The notes beneath the pieces were generated by a model, which saw only the letters and a program-made list of their open reading frames with translations, made no database searches and was not told the origin of the DNA. From Myxococcota bacterium (GTDB lineage Bacteria > Myxococcota > XYA12-FULL-58-9 > JABJBS01), in the NCBI GenBank assembly GCA_036339465.1, contig JAYZAY010000064.1:1-64000 (forward strand): a stretch of 64,000 bases of DNA, in the 5' to 3' direction. A program made the position numbers and the translations under genes. Position 1 is the stretch's first letter; every line of letters begins with the position of its first letter. Below, piece by piece: positions 48,368 through 58,703 of the stretch.

Positions 48368-49198
48368 ATGGAAGACTTTCTAATAAAAGCCAGAGAACTC
48401 CTAAGTTACACCACGGAGCTTATGACCTTCGCTTTGTTGATAGGTCGTACCATGCCAATGATCGTTCTAACCCCCTTTCTCGCTGGCAAGATCGCTCCCA
48501 CCGAACTCAAGATGGGCTTGGGAATCTCCCTAAGCCTACTTATTTGGCCCGTGGCTACCGCAGGTATGACAGGGCAACTCGTTTACGCTCCGGGCCCCTT
48601 TCTCTTACTGATGCTGAAAGAAACCTTCATCGGTTTCGCCATAGGATTTGTCAATGCACACATCTTTTATGCCATGGAAATGTCCGGTCGTATCATTGAC
48701 ACTGTACGGGGGGTTTCCATGTCCGAGGTCCAAGTTCCCCATTCTCAACAGCGTGCAACCCTAACCGGGAGTCTCTACTATCAATTACTCTTAATCGTAT
48801 TTTTTGCGGCCGGGGGTCACCATGTGTTTTTCAATGCATACTTTGATTCGTATTTAACAATTCCTATCAACGAAGGAATTGCCACCGGACTGGGCCTCAC
48901 CGCACTCACCGACTTCATCGCCAAATTGACTGGGGATATACTTACCATCGCCGTCAGATTGGCAGCACCCATTATCGCAGCCACATTAATTACGGACATC
49001 GTTTTCGGGATTCTAAACCGCGTTGCCCCGCAACTTAACGCATATTTCATGTCTATGCCCGTAAAGGCTCTCGGGGGCGTGATCGTCATATTCATTGCAT
49101 TCTCGGCTGTGCTTGCAAGCTTCAATGAGTTTACAATATGGGGCTCCGAAGCAATGAGAGATATAATCGCATATTTCTCAAAAACCATAGGCATGTAA
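48368..49198 (+). CDS. sctT: Export gate SctT/FliR
   Basis: KETFIG, GRIIDTVRG, LNRVAPQLN. Confidence 0.93.
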   Translation: MEDFLIKARELLSYTTELMTFALLIGRTMPMIVLTPFLAGKIAPTELKMGLGISLSLLIWPVATAGMTGQLVYAPGPFLLLMLKETFIGFAIGFVNAHIFYAMEMSGRIIDTVRGVSMSEVQVPHSQQRATLTGSLYYQLLLIVFFAAGGHHVFFNAYFDSYLTIPINEGIATGLGLTALTDFIAKLTGDILTIAVRLAAPIIAATLITDIVFGILNRVAPQLNAYFMSMPVKALGGVIVIFIAFSAVLASFNEFTIWGSEAMRDIIAYFSKTIGM

Positions 49199-50314
49199 AT
49201 GTCAGACGGCGGTACAGGCGAAAAAACGGAAGAGCCAACCCCGGAGAGGCTTAGAAAACTCCGAGAAGACGGGAATGTATCCAAAAGTCAGGACGTCACT
49301 TCGGCCGTTTCGTTCTTAGTGGTCTTTTGTGTTCTAGCGGGCTCTTTTGGTTTCATCGCTGAGGAAATCCGTGAGCTGATTGATATAGCATTGATTGGGT
49401 TTACCTCGCAGGAAGCCCCCGGAGTTCTTGCCAATCGACTCTTGATGCAGGGAATGATCACCCTTGGGAAATGCTGCGCCCCTGTGCTAGCCGCTGCATT
49501 TATCTTGGGTATTTCCATGAACTTGGCGCAGGTAGGCTTTCTCTTCACTCTGAAGCCCATCACACCAGACATCAAAAAAATTAACCCAATCCAGGGCTTC
49601 AAGAACTTAGTGAATATGAAGAAGCTCGTGGAACTCCTTAAAACAATTATAAAATTTACCGCAATCAGTATCATTTCGTACTTCGCCCTGAATGACGCAA
49701 TGCGTGACGTCATTTTAACTATCCGAAGTGACCTCACTATTGGTATGTTGGTTACCGGCGAAATTATCTGGGACTTTTGTATCAGAATTGGCGCCGTATT
49801 CGTGGTAATTGCGTTGGCAGACGCACTTTACCAAAAAAAGAGGTATATTAAAGATAATAGGATGTCGAAATATGACATCAAACAAGAATATAAACAGTCG
49901 GAAGGTGACCCCCAGCTTAAAGCCGAGAGGAAACAGCTGCACCGAGAAATGGCCAACGGCTCCGGTCAAAAGGGAGCTGTAAAAAAGGCGGACGTCGTCG
50001 TGAGAAACCCAGATCACATAGCTGTAGCCATCAAGTACAATAAAGAAACAGACGACGCTGCCCCAACCGTCGTCGCTAAGGGTGAGCGTATTTGGGCGGA
50101 GAAAATCCTCGAAGAAGCAAGGCACTACGGGGTTCCAATTGTTCGAAACGTGCCTTTGGCCCAAGCACTTAATAAAGTAGACGTCGGAAACGAAATCCCC
50201 GAAGAACTCTACGATGCGGTAGCTGAAGTGTTGAATTTTGTTTACACCCTTGCAGAAGAGCAACAAAATAAGGGTAAAAAGAAACTCCCGAGAGGTAAGA
50301 GAAATGGCCAATAA
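49199..50314 (+). CDS. sctU: Switch protein SctU/FlhB
   Basis: EKTEEPTP, KQSEGDP, NPDHIAVA, VRNVPLAQAL. Confidence 0.95.
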   Translation: MSDGGTGEKTEEPTPERLRKLREDGNVSKSQDVTSAVSFLVVFCVLAGSFGFIAEEIRELIDIALIGFTSQEAPGVLANRLLMQGMITLGKCCAPVLAAAFILGISMNLAQVGFLFTLKPITPDIKKINPIQGFKNLVNMKKLVELLKTIIKFTAISIISYFALNDAMRDVILTIRSDLTIGMLVTGEIIWDFCIRIGAVFVVIALADALYQKKRYIKDNRMSKYDIKQEYKQSEGDPQLKAERKQLHREMANGSGQKGAVKKADVVVRNPDHIAVAIKYNKETDDAAPTVVAKGERIWAEKILEEARHYGVPIVRNVPLAQALNKVDVGNEIPEELYDAVAEVLNFVYTLAEEQQNKGKKKLPRGKRNGQ

Positions 50315-50771
50315 TATTAGTAGCTTTAAAGCGTTCACTCAAACTCCGGCGAATATTAGCGAACACGGTGCCACCATCGAAGAGCTAAAGTCGCAGGGAA
50401 CTCCCGACCCCAATCCGCTCGCCAGCCCCATGGCTACCTCAGCAGCAGCGGACGTGGGCTTGGCCATGAAACCGCGAATAGAAACCCAAAGAGATCCCAA
50501 CGAACCAATGAGGGTCAATCATTTCAACGGGCCAAGTTACACCCACATGGTGAGTCGAGACGCAGTCGCAAAATTGGCGAACAATGCACTATTAAACGGT
50601 TTGGGTGAAGCACTTGCGAACCCAGAACTCCAAATGAATCTATCCAGCAACGCTAGGAACCAACTTCAAAGCCTACTGAGAAAAGTAGGGGCGATGGCCC
50701 ATGACGTACAGGGGCTAAACAAGCAAGTAGAGCAAATCTACGCCCGTTTCGTCAGCCACCAACAAGTATAA
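50304..50771 (+). CDS. Hypothetical T3SS protein (SctX-like candidate)
   Basis: ATG 50304 after GAGGT, overlaps the sctU stop; disordered N-terminus, helical C-terminus; precedes a TPR chaperone. Confidence 0.55.
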   Translation: MANNISSFKAFTQTPANISEHGATIEELKSQGTPDPNPLASPMATSAAADVGLAMKPRIETQRDPNEPMRVNHFNGPSYTHMVSRDAVAKLANNALLNGLGEALANPELQMNLSSNARNQLQSLLRKVGAMAHDVQGLNKQVEQIYARFVSHQQV

Positions 50772-50827
50772 ACACCCAACACACTCCGCCCCACCTACAA
50801 ACTCCCACTTTTCTGAAGACCAGATTT

Positions 50828-51331
50828 ATGATAGGCTCCCCTGCCATGTCGACAAATAATTCACCAGAAAAAGCGCTGACAGTAGCTGAGGAACGGATCA
50901 AGGAACTCGCTGAAGAGTGGGGTTTGGGAAAAGTAAAACTTAAGGATATTGTGGGGCTCTCTCCTGATGAACTCTACGCAATATCGGCCCAAGGCTATCA
51001 CTTTTTTCTCCAGGGCAAATCAGAACGCGCTCAAGTCATTTTTGAGGGACTGGCCGCGCTGGATCCAACAAATGCGTATTATCACCGAGCGCTTGGGGCG
51101 GTCTACTGGAAACAAAAAGACCCCACTAAAGCCCTAAAGCAGTTTGGTTATGCCATTCGTATCGCCCCAAAAGATGCCTCATCCTATGTTAATAGGGCTG
51201 AAGTATTCGTCGCCACCAAACAATTTGCCGAAGCCAAAGCCGATCTAACCAAAGTATTGGCCTTGGTAACCCCCAGCCAAGAAGCTATTCAACAAAAAGC
51301 AAAAGCTATATTACAAATGATAACGGCATGA
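50828..51331 (+). CDS. SycD/LcrH- or SctY-like TPR chaperone
   Basis: LKDIVGLSPDELYAI...GYHFFLQGK...IFEGLAALDP; three TPRs. Confidence 0.8.
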   Translation: MIGSPAMSTNNSPEKALTVAEERIKELAEEWGLGKVKLKDIVGLSPDELYAISAQGYHFFLQGKSERAQVIFEGLAALDPTNAYYHRALGAVYWKQKDPTKALKQFGYAIRIAPKDASSYVNRAEVFVATKQFAEAKADLTKVLALVTPSQEAIQQKAKAILQMITA

Positions 51332-51377
51332 TAACCGATCGGCTCCCTATGCGATCGCTGAAAAAGTCCAATCAGCG

Positions 51378-51407
51378 TTGACATAACTACTTCTGAGTTG
51401 TTACTCC
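51378..51407 (+). promoter_or_regulatory. Possible sigma70 promoter for the TPR membrane protein
   Basis: Perfect TTGACA at 51378; weak -10 (TGTTACTCC). Confidence 0.3.
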
Positions 51408-51464
51408 AATCGTTTAAACTCTCGTTTTTCCTGGCTTTTTAATTGCTACATCGGAGACGTAAGA

Positions 51465-53474
51465 ATGTCGGAACCTGAACGCCGTAAGCAAAACTTGATC
51501 GAGCAACTGACGAAACTTGAAGACAATTATAAAAGTGATCCCAGTAAGCACGGGGCAGCCCTCGCTGAAGCCTACGTTGATCAGGGTCGCCCAACCGATG
51601 CTGTTAAACTACTCGAAAAAAATGGGTTGCCCCAGTCCGTAGACGTTAAACTCCTTTTCGTCCGAGCACTCTTTGACTCTTTTCAAAATGAAGAAGCCAT
51701 AGGCATGCTCAAGGAACTAACGCAAAAGGAAGATTTAAGCGATCATCCTGAAGCCCAACTACTTCTAGGTGAAATGGCTTTTGAAGAAGGCAAGCCCGAC
51801 GAAGCCAAATCGTATCTCCGAACAGCATACCAACTACGGCCAGATTCGGCCAAAGTCATCAAACTTCTCAAAGCCTTGGGCGAGAAGATAGACGCCCCTG
51901 ATACTTCAGTTGGTAGCGATAATGAGGTCCGAGAATTCAACATCGATGACAGCCAAACAGATAGTGCAGGCCGCGCAGGCCTTCATATTTTTCTCGGCCT
52001 GCTCATCTTTGGTGTGGCTTTTGGCGGATACATTTTATCCGCAAGAAAAAGCCACGAAGCTAAAACTTTAGCTGCCGAAGCACTCCCAATGCTTGAACGT
52101 GGAGACATCAAAACCATGTTGGAGGCAGAGGAAAAATACAATGAGGTCTTTAAAATCGACTCTACCAATGATTATGGTGTCGCAGGTATGGCCTACCTCA
52201 ATTCGTTTCTATGGGCAGTGCACGGCCTAGAAACCGCCAAAGACAAAGCCCTCGATTACACCAACCGAGCCATTGAGCAGGATATCCTAAGCGCCGAACG
52301 ATATGCTGCGGAAGCCTTAGCTGCCGTAGCAAGTGGAGACCAAAAGAAAGCCCAAAGCATTGTAAAAGCAGTGGCCGAAAAAGGCGGCGTCTCTGACAAA
52401 CTCTACTTCGCGCTGGGGTTGTCACTGGAGGCTGAAGGTAAAGTCCGAGCCGCTCGTGATAACTTTCGCAAGGCCCACGAACTTAAACTTAAATCGCCAC
52501 ACTACGCAACTGCACTCGCCGATGTTTACAATGCAGAAGGCGACGGGCGAAATGCACGGCTTTTTTGGGCTAGAGCCGCTAAGGCCAACAGTAGTTACGT
52601 CATTGGCTCATCTAGAAACCTTTGGGGTAAAGTACAAAGAGGGCAACCCACCGGCCCCATTGAGAAAGAGCTCAAACGGTACCTGAATTTTCCTGAAGCG
52701 CTCGTCGGACCATTCGATAAGAGTGCATTGCTTACCACTCAAGCCGCATTGGCGCTCCGAGAGGGTAAGAAGGATATCGCCATTCAAAAGCTGGATGCTG
52801 CCATCGCTATCAAGGGTGAGATCGCACGGCTATTACATCTCAAAGGCCTCGCATTGTTGGCTTCGGGTAAAAAAGAAGAGGGTTTTAGCCTCTTACAAAA
52901 AGCCAACACGAAACTCCCAAGTAGCTTCAAGTATTTGGAAGCACTCATTGTGAATTACACCGAATACGACGAAGCAGATAAAGCGATTGAAATCCTTAGG
53001 GCCAAAGAAAAAGACCTAAAAGACGAACCCGAATTTCACGTACTCATGGGAAATGCCTATCGAGTAAAACAAGATTATCCCAAAGCAGACATTGCTTTCG
53101 ATAATGCCCTGAAAATTTCAAAGAAATACCCCTACGCTCTCTTGGGTAAGGCGGTGGTTTTAAAAGACCAGAACAAATATGAAGATGCCATCAAATGGTT
53201 CGAAAAAGCTGCCGGCGCCAAAGCCAAGTTTCCTGAGATCTATGAAAACATTGGTATCATGTTTGTCCTTCTCGGGGACAAGACGGGTGGAGACAAACAA
53301 TTAGAAGAATCTGAAAAACAACTCACCGCTCTGGGTACTGGAAAACTGGATATGGCTAAATTCTATTCAAGAGTTGTCACTGCAGTCGGCGCAAAATCAT
53401 GGACTCTCAAAGTAAAATGGGAAGGAAAGCTGAAAGCCCTAGAAGCTGCCCCAACGAAAACAGCGGCACAGTGA
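51465..53474 (+). CDS. Bitopic TPR-repeat membrane protein
   Basis: N-terminal TPRs, single TM LHIFLGLLIFGVAFGGYIL, many C-terminal TPRs. Confidence 0.82.
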   Translation: MSEPERRKQNLIEQLTKLEDNYKSDPSKHGAALAEAYVDQGRPTDAVKLLEKNGLPQSVDVKLLFVRALFDSFQNEEAIGMLKELTQKEDLSDHPEAQLLLGEMAFEEGKPDEAKSYLRTAYQLRPDSAKVIKLLKALGEKIDAPDTSVGSDNEVREFNIDDSQTDSAGRAGLHIFLGLLIFGVAFGGYILSARKSHEAKTLAAEALPMLERGDIKTMLEAEEKYNEVFKIDSTNDYGVAGMAYLNSFLWAVHGLETAKDKALDYTNRAIEQDILSAERYAAEALAAVASGDQKKAQSIVKAVAEKGGVSDKLYFALGLSLEAEGKVRAARDNFRKAHELKLKSPHYATALADVYNAEGDGRNARLFWARAAKANSSYVIGSSRNLWGKVQRGQPTGPIEKELKRYLNFPEALVGPFDKSALLTTQAALALREGKKDIAIQKLDAAIAIKGEIARLLHLKGLALLASGKKEEGFSLLQKANTKLPSSFKYLEALIVNYTEYDEADKAIEILRAKEKDLKDEPEFHVLMGNAYRVKQDYPKADIAFDNALKISKKYPYALLGKAVVLKDQNKYEDAIKWFEKAAGAKAKFPEIYENIGIMFVLLGDKTGGDKQLEESEKQLTALGTGKLDMAKFYSRVVTAVGAKSWTLKVKWEGKLKALEAAPTKTAAQ

Positions 53475-53481
53475 ATCCGCT

Positions 53482-53910
53482 CTATTGAGCATCTAAGAAG
53501 CGGTCACGTTGCTCAAGAGCCGGTAATTCACATCGGCCCTTCTTACCGAACCATCGATATCTGTTTTTCGCAATTAAATTATAGAGACCATCGCGAATAA
53601 ACGGTGGCAAGAATAGGAAGGTCTGGCCCAGGCACCATGGGCCTCTGAGATAACCTGTCAATTTGAGAGCCGCCGTACTCCTAAAATAGAGTTCTCCGTC
53701 CTCAAACAAGACTAGGGTATCCTGTTGATCACTTGGTAACCCATGCGACTTTAGATAACCCCTACCAATATCAGACTGGAGCGAAGCGAAATAAATATTA
53801 GGGGCGCTCTCCCATCTCAGGATAAATTGTACTGTTCCGTGGCAGAAATTACAGACACCATCGTACAAGACAACTGTTCGAGGAGACTCTGTACAATCCA
53901 TAGACAACAT
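53482..53910 (-). CDS. DCC family (DUF393) thiol-disulfide oxidoreductase-like protein
   Basis: YDGVCNFC, FASLQS, NRYRWFGK. Confidence 0.92.
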   Translation of the reverse strand: MLSMDCTESPRTVVLYDGVCNFCHGTVQFILRWESAPNIYFASLQSDIGRGYLKSHGLPSDQQDTLVLFEDGELYFRSTAALKLTGYLRGPWCLGQTFLFLPPFIRDGLYNLIAKNRYRWFGKKGRCELPALEQRDRFLDAQ

Positions 53911-54530
53911 TATTTAGAATCGGTCCCCTGCGAAGGTGTCTCCTGCTCAACACTCGGCTTGAATGAGATCGGGCTATCACTCGCATCATCACTCGCATCA
54001 TCACTCGCATCATCGAATTGTGGCTGCCAAGTACGAGTTTCCTTACTAAGCCTCATACCTATTTTGGCTTCAGCTAAATCTTCAGTCCAAATTTCTAAGG
54101 TCCGCTCTTCGCCGTTATCCAGCCTAATCACCATTTTATCGACACCCTGTGAATGCTCGCGCTTAAGAAGTCGAATAATTTTTGCCGAATAGGTTTCTAT
54201 GTATCTGCCATAAAAATTCGTAAGTTCTAAATCCTGTTCGCTGGGTCCAGTGGCCTTCTTGACTCCCAACACCCCCATTGACTTCACAATAATTGTTCCA
54301 TCGGGAATCGGGACCGATTCCACCCAACGAGGTACCTTAGCGACCAATCCGACCAATATCTCTCCTCCGCGACTCTCTAGGACAATCCCTCGATAAGTTT
54401 CCATCAGCCCATGCAGAAACGGTGCAAAAAGAATAGAAACAACGGCAATTAACACCGGAGTCCGGTAGTGGCCGAAGCGTCTAAGCCCAGTCATTTGCTT
54501 AATGAACTCATCATCATCCTGGTCTGACAT
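53910..54530 (-). CDS. Hypothetical single-TM protein with (DDAS)x3 repeat
   Basis: TM near the N-terminus; 12-bp repeat around 53977-54013; stop overlaps the next start. Confidence 0.7.
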   Translation of the reverse strand: MSDQDDDEFIKQMTGLRRFGHYRTPVLIAVVSILFAPFLHGLMETYRGIVLESRGGEILVGLVAKVPRWVESVPIPDGTIIVKSMGVLGVKKATGPSEQDLELTNFYGRYIETYSAKIIRLLKREHSQGVDKMVIRLDNGEERTLEIWTEDLAEAKIGMRLSKETRTWQPQFDDASDDASDDASDSPISFKPSVEQETPSQGTDSK

Positions 54531-54542
54531 CGTTATTGCCCC

Positions 54543-55856
54543 CTAGAGTAACTTCATTTGTCCACTGGTGTGATGCCCCAGATTCCGCATAATCGCGGCA
54601 GCTTTTGGAAAAGAATCTGAATCACAGTAAAGCCGGGTTAACCCCACAACCTCTTCGAATCGCTTGTAAAGAGGCGTGTAATCTTCGATTCGGCTAATTC
54701 TACCCAACTCGGGCTCTAGGACAACCAAAGGAGGCTGAGTAATGGCCCCATGCTTGAAGTATTTTGAGAGCACACCTTGACTACTGGATTTCATGAAGTC
54801 CACCTTCCCTAAGCTCAACTGCTTCTCAAGAACTTCCGTTGTTGCCTCGTGTCCATAGTTGTGCTGCTCAAAAAGTAGCCGGTAAGATCTTCGCTCGACG
54901 ACCCTCTTGGCCCATTCGTTTTCGGACTTACGTAATTGGTTCCACATGAAAACGTCATCCGTGTTCAGGTATTCGTTGATATCGACAGGTAAGAGATAGC
55001 TCACAGAGTGAAAATAACGTTTTAGCATATTGTCGAAACAAACCGGTGTATGATGTAAATACACGGCCAGAAACATGTGGTACCGAGCCAATAAAAAGTT
55101 TTCGAAGGCCCAAACTCCCCGATGCTTAAGGGCCATCACCCAGTGACCATCCCACTCCAATGCAGTCAGATTAGAAACAAGCCACTCGTGGTCAAAATTC
55201 CCATAATTTACACCACAATAGTAAGCATCCCTCCGTAGATAATCCATGCGATCCGCATCCATCTCACTGGACACAATTTGATGGAGAATAGGAAGAAAAT
55301 TATGGCCACCAATCGTAAAGCTCTCCTCTTCATTCACAGGGGCGTGGCCCAATACCAAAGACGCCAAGTGCCTCCCGGTGATACCAAAATCCTGCATTTG
55401 CTCTTCGATAATTTGAGTCAATGGGGAATCAACGAGGATTTTAATTGTATAGTCTTCATGGGTCGCCTGCCGATTCGTTCCAGTAATCCAATCCGTTAAA
55501 TTCAAACGAACAACATCTGGCATAACCTTCTCGGTTACATGACTGAAAGGGGCATGGCCTACGTCATGAAACAAGACCGCTAGCCTCACCATCTGCCGAA
55601 AACGTACTTTGTCATTTTCAGCAATTGGCAGGGCAGATAGAACTCGCTCCACCATTTGGGTTGCCATCTGCATAGCCCCAAGACTATGGGCGTAGCGAGT
55701 GTGGGTCGCCCCTGGAAAAGCCAGCTCTGAAAACCCCAGTTGTTTAATATGCCTCAACCGCTGAAAGGGCTGAGCATCAATCAACGTTATTTCAGCAGGC
55801 GTAACTTCAATGGTTCCATGAATTGGATCATGGATGGATATTATCGGTGAGTCCAT
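54543..55856 (-). CDS. HD-domain phosphohydrolase (dNTP triphosphohydrolase-like)
   Basis: [46 protein letters not shown]. Confidence 0.92.
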   Translation of the reverse strand: MDSPIISIHDPIHGTIEVTPAEITLIDAQPFQRLRHIKQLGFSELAFPGATHTRYAHSLGAMQMATQMVERVLSALPIAENDKVRFRQMVRLAVLFHDVGHAPFSHVTEKVMPDVVRLNLTDWITGTNRQATHEDYTIKILVDSPLTQIIEEQMQDFGITGRHLASLVLGHAPVNEEESFTIGGHNFLPILHQIVSSEMDADRMDYLRRDAYYCGVNYGNFDHEWLVSNLTALEWDGHWVMALKHRGVWAFENFLLARYHMFLAVYLHHTPVCFDNMLKRYFHSVSYLLPVDINEYLNTDDVFMWNQLRKSENEWAKRVVERRSYRLLFEQHNYGHEATTEVLEKQLSLGKVDFMKSSSQGVLSKYFKHGAITQPPLVVLEPELGRISRIEDYTPLYKRFEEVVGLTRLYCDSDSFPKAAAIMRNLGHHTSGQMKLL

Positions 55857-58590
55857 GGCACTTCTTATACTTCTTTCCACTTCCACAAGGGCAGGGATCG
55901 TTGCGGCCTACCTTGGCGGTATCACGCCTAACAGTCTGCGGTTTGGCCTTCTCCTCATTGAGCTTCTTAGCGGGTCCTCTCGTCATAAGCTGATCTTGCT
56001 TGGCCCTTCTGGCTTCCAAACGTTCTTGATAGTCTTCTTCTGTCTCCGATGTAATTACCACCCGTGAGCCCTTGAGAATAACATCCGAACCAATTGCAGC
56101 CATCATACTTGCAAATAGATTGAATCCCTCCTTTTTATACTCTTGTTTCGGGTCTTTCTGAGCGTAGCCCCTCAGACTGATTCCCTCCCGAAGGTGGTCC
56201 ATGGTCCGAAGATGGTCTTTCCACATAGTATCGATGGTTTGGAGATAAATAATGCGCAGTACTGCAAAATATGCCTCCGAAGTATAATTCTCTTCTTTCT
56301 TCTTAATATCTGCTTCAATTTGCCCATATAAAGAATCTTCAAGCGCAACCCGCGTCATGTCCTCAAGATTAAATTCGGGTTCAAGTGCGAAAAGCTCCTT
56401 CGACATTTCTTTGACGCCATCCAAATCCCATTCACCTGGATGCGTTTTGTCAGGACACATTCTACCAACCATTCCAATCACCGCGATTTCAACTAAATCG
56501 AGATACATCTCCTTGGTCGTATCTTGCTCGGCCCCTATCATCTTGCGACGAAGAGCATAAACAGCCTTCCTTTGGTCATTCATAACATCATCGTATTCTA
56601 GAAGATGCTTACGAATATCAAAGTTGTGCCCCTCTACTTTCCTTTGAGCATTCTCAATACTCTTATTCACCATGGAATGCTCAATAACCTCTCCTTCCTC
56701 CATCCCAACCCGTTCCATCCAACCCTTGATACGATCTCCTCCAAAAATCCGCATCAGGTCATCTTCAAGGGAAACAAAGAACCGAGAACATCCCGGATCA
56801 CCCTGACGACCCGCACGCCCCCTAAGTTGATTATCGATCCGGCGAGAATCATGGCGCTCCGAACCAATAATACAAAGCCCACCGGCTGCCAGAACCTCGC
56901 TCTTCTCCTTTTCACACTGCTCTTTCATCGCCGTGAGAACACGCTCGTAGTGTTCTGCTTCTACATTCTCCTGACCACTCAACGACTGCATGGCCAAAAA
57001 CTCTGGGTTACCGCCTAGAAGGATATCGGTTCCTCGTCCCGCCATATTCGTCGCAATGGTCACCGCCGATTTTCGACCTGCCTGAGCGACAACCGTAGCT
57101 TCAGAACCATGGTACTTGGCATTCAAAACGTTGTGGTCAATTTTCATATTCCTCAAATAACGGGAAATTACCTCGCTCTTCTCAACGCTGATTGTCCCCA
57201 CCAAAACAGGCTGCCCCTTCTTGGAACGCTCCACAACCTCTTCACCAATATGTGCAAACTTCTCTCGTTCCGTTTTAAACACCAAGTCATTTTCATCCAA
57301 ACGAGCCAAGGGACGATTCGTCGGAATCACCAGACAATCTAAATCGTAAATGGAAGCAAATTCTGGAGCTTCAGTTTCCGCTGTTCCCGTCATCCCAGAA
57401 AGCTTCAGATACATCCGAAAATAATTTTGGTAAGTGATCGTCGCTAGAGTTTGGTTCTCATTCTCAATCTTAACCCCTTCTTTAGCCTCCACTGCCTGAT
57501 GGAGGCCATCGGACCAACGACGACCATCGAGAACCCGTCCCGTGTTTTCATCGATAATTTTTACCTTGCCATCAACCACCATATAATCAACATCCCGCTT
57601 GAATAAGGTGTGGGCTCGGAGTCCCTGATTAACATGGTGTAAAAGCTCTATATTATCTGGTTCATAAAGATTTTCGATCCCCAGTCTTTGCTCAACTTCG
57701 TGAATCCCTTTTTCCGTTAACATGGAAGTTCGACTCTTCTCATCAACGGTATAATCTTGTTCCCTTCTTAGACTGGGAATTATTCTATCAATCTTATTGT
57801 ATTTATCCGTGCTTTCCTCAGCTGGGCCACTGATGATTAATGGGGTTCGCGCCTCATCAATCAAAATAGAGTCGACCTCATCCACAATCGCGAAATGATG
57901 TCCCCGCTGACTGTAATCACCCAAAAAAAGCTTCATATTGTCTCGAAGATAATCAAAACCAAACTCGCTGTTTGTACCGTAGGTAATATCGGCTCCATAG
58001 GCAGCTTGCCGCTCCTTATCCGTCAGTCCACTGACAATGCATCCCACAGATAACCCCAAAAACCCGTAGAGCTTACCCATCCAAGCAGCATCTCGGCTGG
58101 CCAGGTATTCATTGACAGTAATGAGATGGACTCCCCTGCTCGCCAATGCATTGAGATAAACCGGCAATGTCGCCACCAGGGTCTTACCTTCACCCGTTTT
58201 CATTTCCGATATTCGGCCTTCATGGAGAGAAATTCCACCCACCATTTGCACATCGTAGTGACGCATACCTAAAACGCGACGCCCTGCTTCTCGAACCACG
58301 GCAAAAGCTTCCGGCAAAAGCTCACCAAGCGCACGGTCAAGGATCACGCGCTCAGCTTTCAATTCATCTTTGGTCTCCTGATAAGTAACACGAGACTTCG
58401 GGTCACCACCTAACTTCTCAAAGCTTTCGCTAAAGCGCTTCCGCAGCTCTTCTGTCTTTGCTTGCAACGCAGTGTCAGGTAAAGCTTTGAGCTTAGGTTC
58501 CCATTCATTGATTTGGTCCACGAGAACCAGGATCCGTTTAAGCTCTCGGTCGTTCTTTGTTGGAATTATCTTCCGCCACCAACTCGCCAT
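55828..58590 (-). CDS. secA: Preprotein translocase ATPase
   Basis: [45 protein letters not shown] motif [13 protein letters not shown]. Confidence 0.99.
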   Translation of the reverse strand: MASWWRKIIPTKNDRELKRILVLVDQINEWEPKLKALPDTALQAKTEELRKRFSESFEKLGGDPKSRVTYQETKDELKAERVILDRALGELLPEAFAVVREAGRRVLGMRHYDVQMVGGISLHEGRISEMKTGEGKTLVATLPVYLNALASRGVHLITVNEYLASRDAAWMGKLYGFLGLSVGCIVSGLTDKERQAAYGADITYGTNSEFGFDYLRDNMKLFLGDYSQRGHHFAIVDEVDSILIDEARTPLIISGPAEESTDKYNKIDRIIPSLRREQDYTVDEKSRTSMLTEKGIHEVEQRLGIENLYEPDNIELLHHVNQGLRAHTLFKRDVDYMVVDGKVKIIDENTGRVLDGRRWSDGLHQAVEAKEGVKIENENQTLATITYQNYFRMYLKLSGMTGTAETEAPEFASIYDLDCLVIPTNRPLARLDENDLVFKTEREKFAHIGEEVVERSKKGQPVLVGTISVEKSEVISRYLRNMKIDHNVLNAKYHGSEATVVAQAGRKSAVTIATNMAGRGTDILLGGNPEFLAMQSLSGQENVEAEHYERVLTAMKEQCEKEKSEVLAAGGLCIIGSERHDSRRIDNQLRGRAGRQGDPGCSRFFVSLEDDLMRIFGGDRIKGWMERVGMEEGEVIEHSMVNKSIENAQRKVEGHNFDIRKHLLEYDDVMNDQRKAVYALRRKMIGAEQDTTKEMYLDLVEIAVIGMVGRMCPDKTHPGEWDLDGVKEMSKELFALEPEFNLEDMTRVALEDSLYGQIEADIKKKEENYTSEAYFAVLRIIYLQTIDTMWKDHLRTMDHLREGISLRGYAQKDPKQEYKKEGFNLFASMMAAIGSDVILKGSRVVITSETEEDYQERLEARRAKQDQLMTRGPAKKLNEEKAKPQTVRRDTAKVGRNDPCPCGSGKKYKKCHGLTDNIHP

Positions 58591-58676
58591 AATAATAAGC
58601 TCCCAAAAAACGCCTTATATTGCAGATTATATTGCAGATGAGGTGCCCAACTTAAGGACACACCTGCTACCGTCAA

Positions 58677-58703
58677 GGGGCTGATACTCTAGCTGTCAGC
58701 CCC
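58677..58703. other. GC-rich hairpin upstream of secA
   Basis: GGGGCTGA-N11-TCAGCCCC; a nearby 12-bp direct repeat TTATATTGCAGA x2 at 58615-58638. Confidence 0.5.

Noticed and set aside
36211..51331. Cluster as a flagellar operon
   Set aside because: Short lipoprotein SctJ instead of FliF, TPR chaperones, and no rod, hook, flagellin or motor genes
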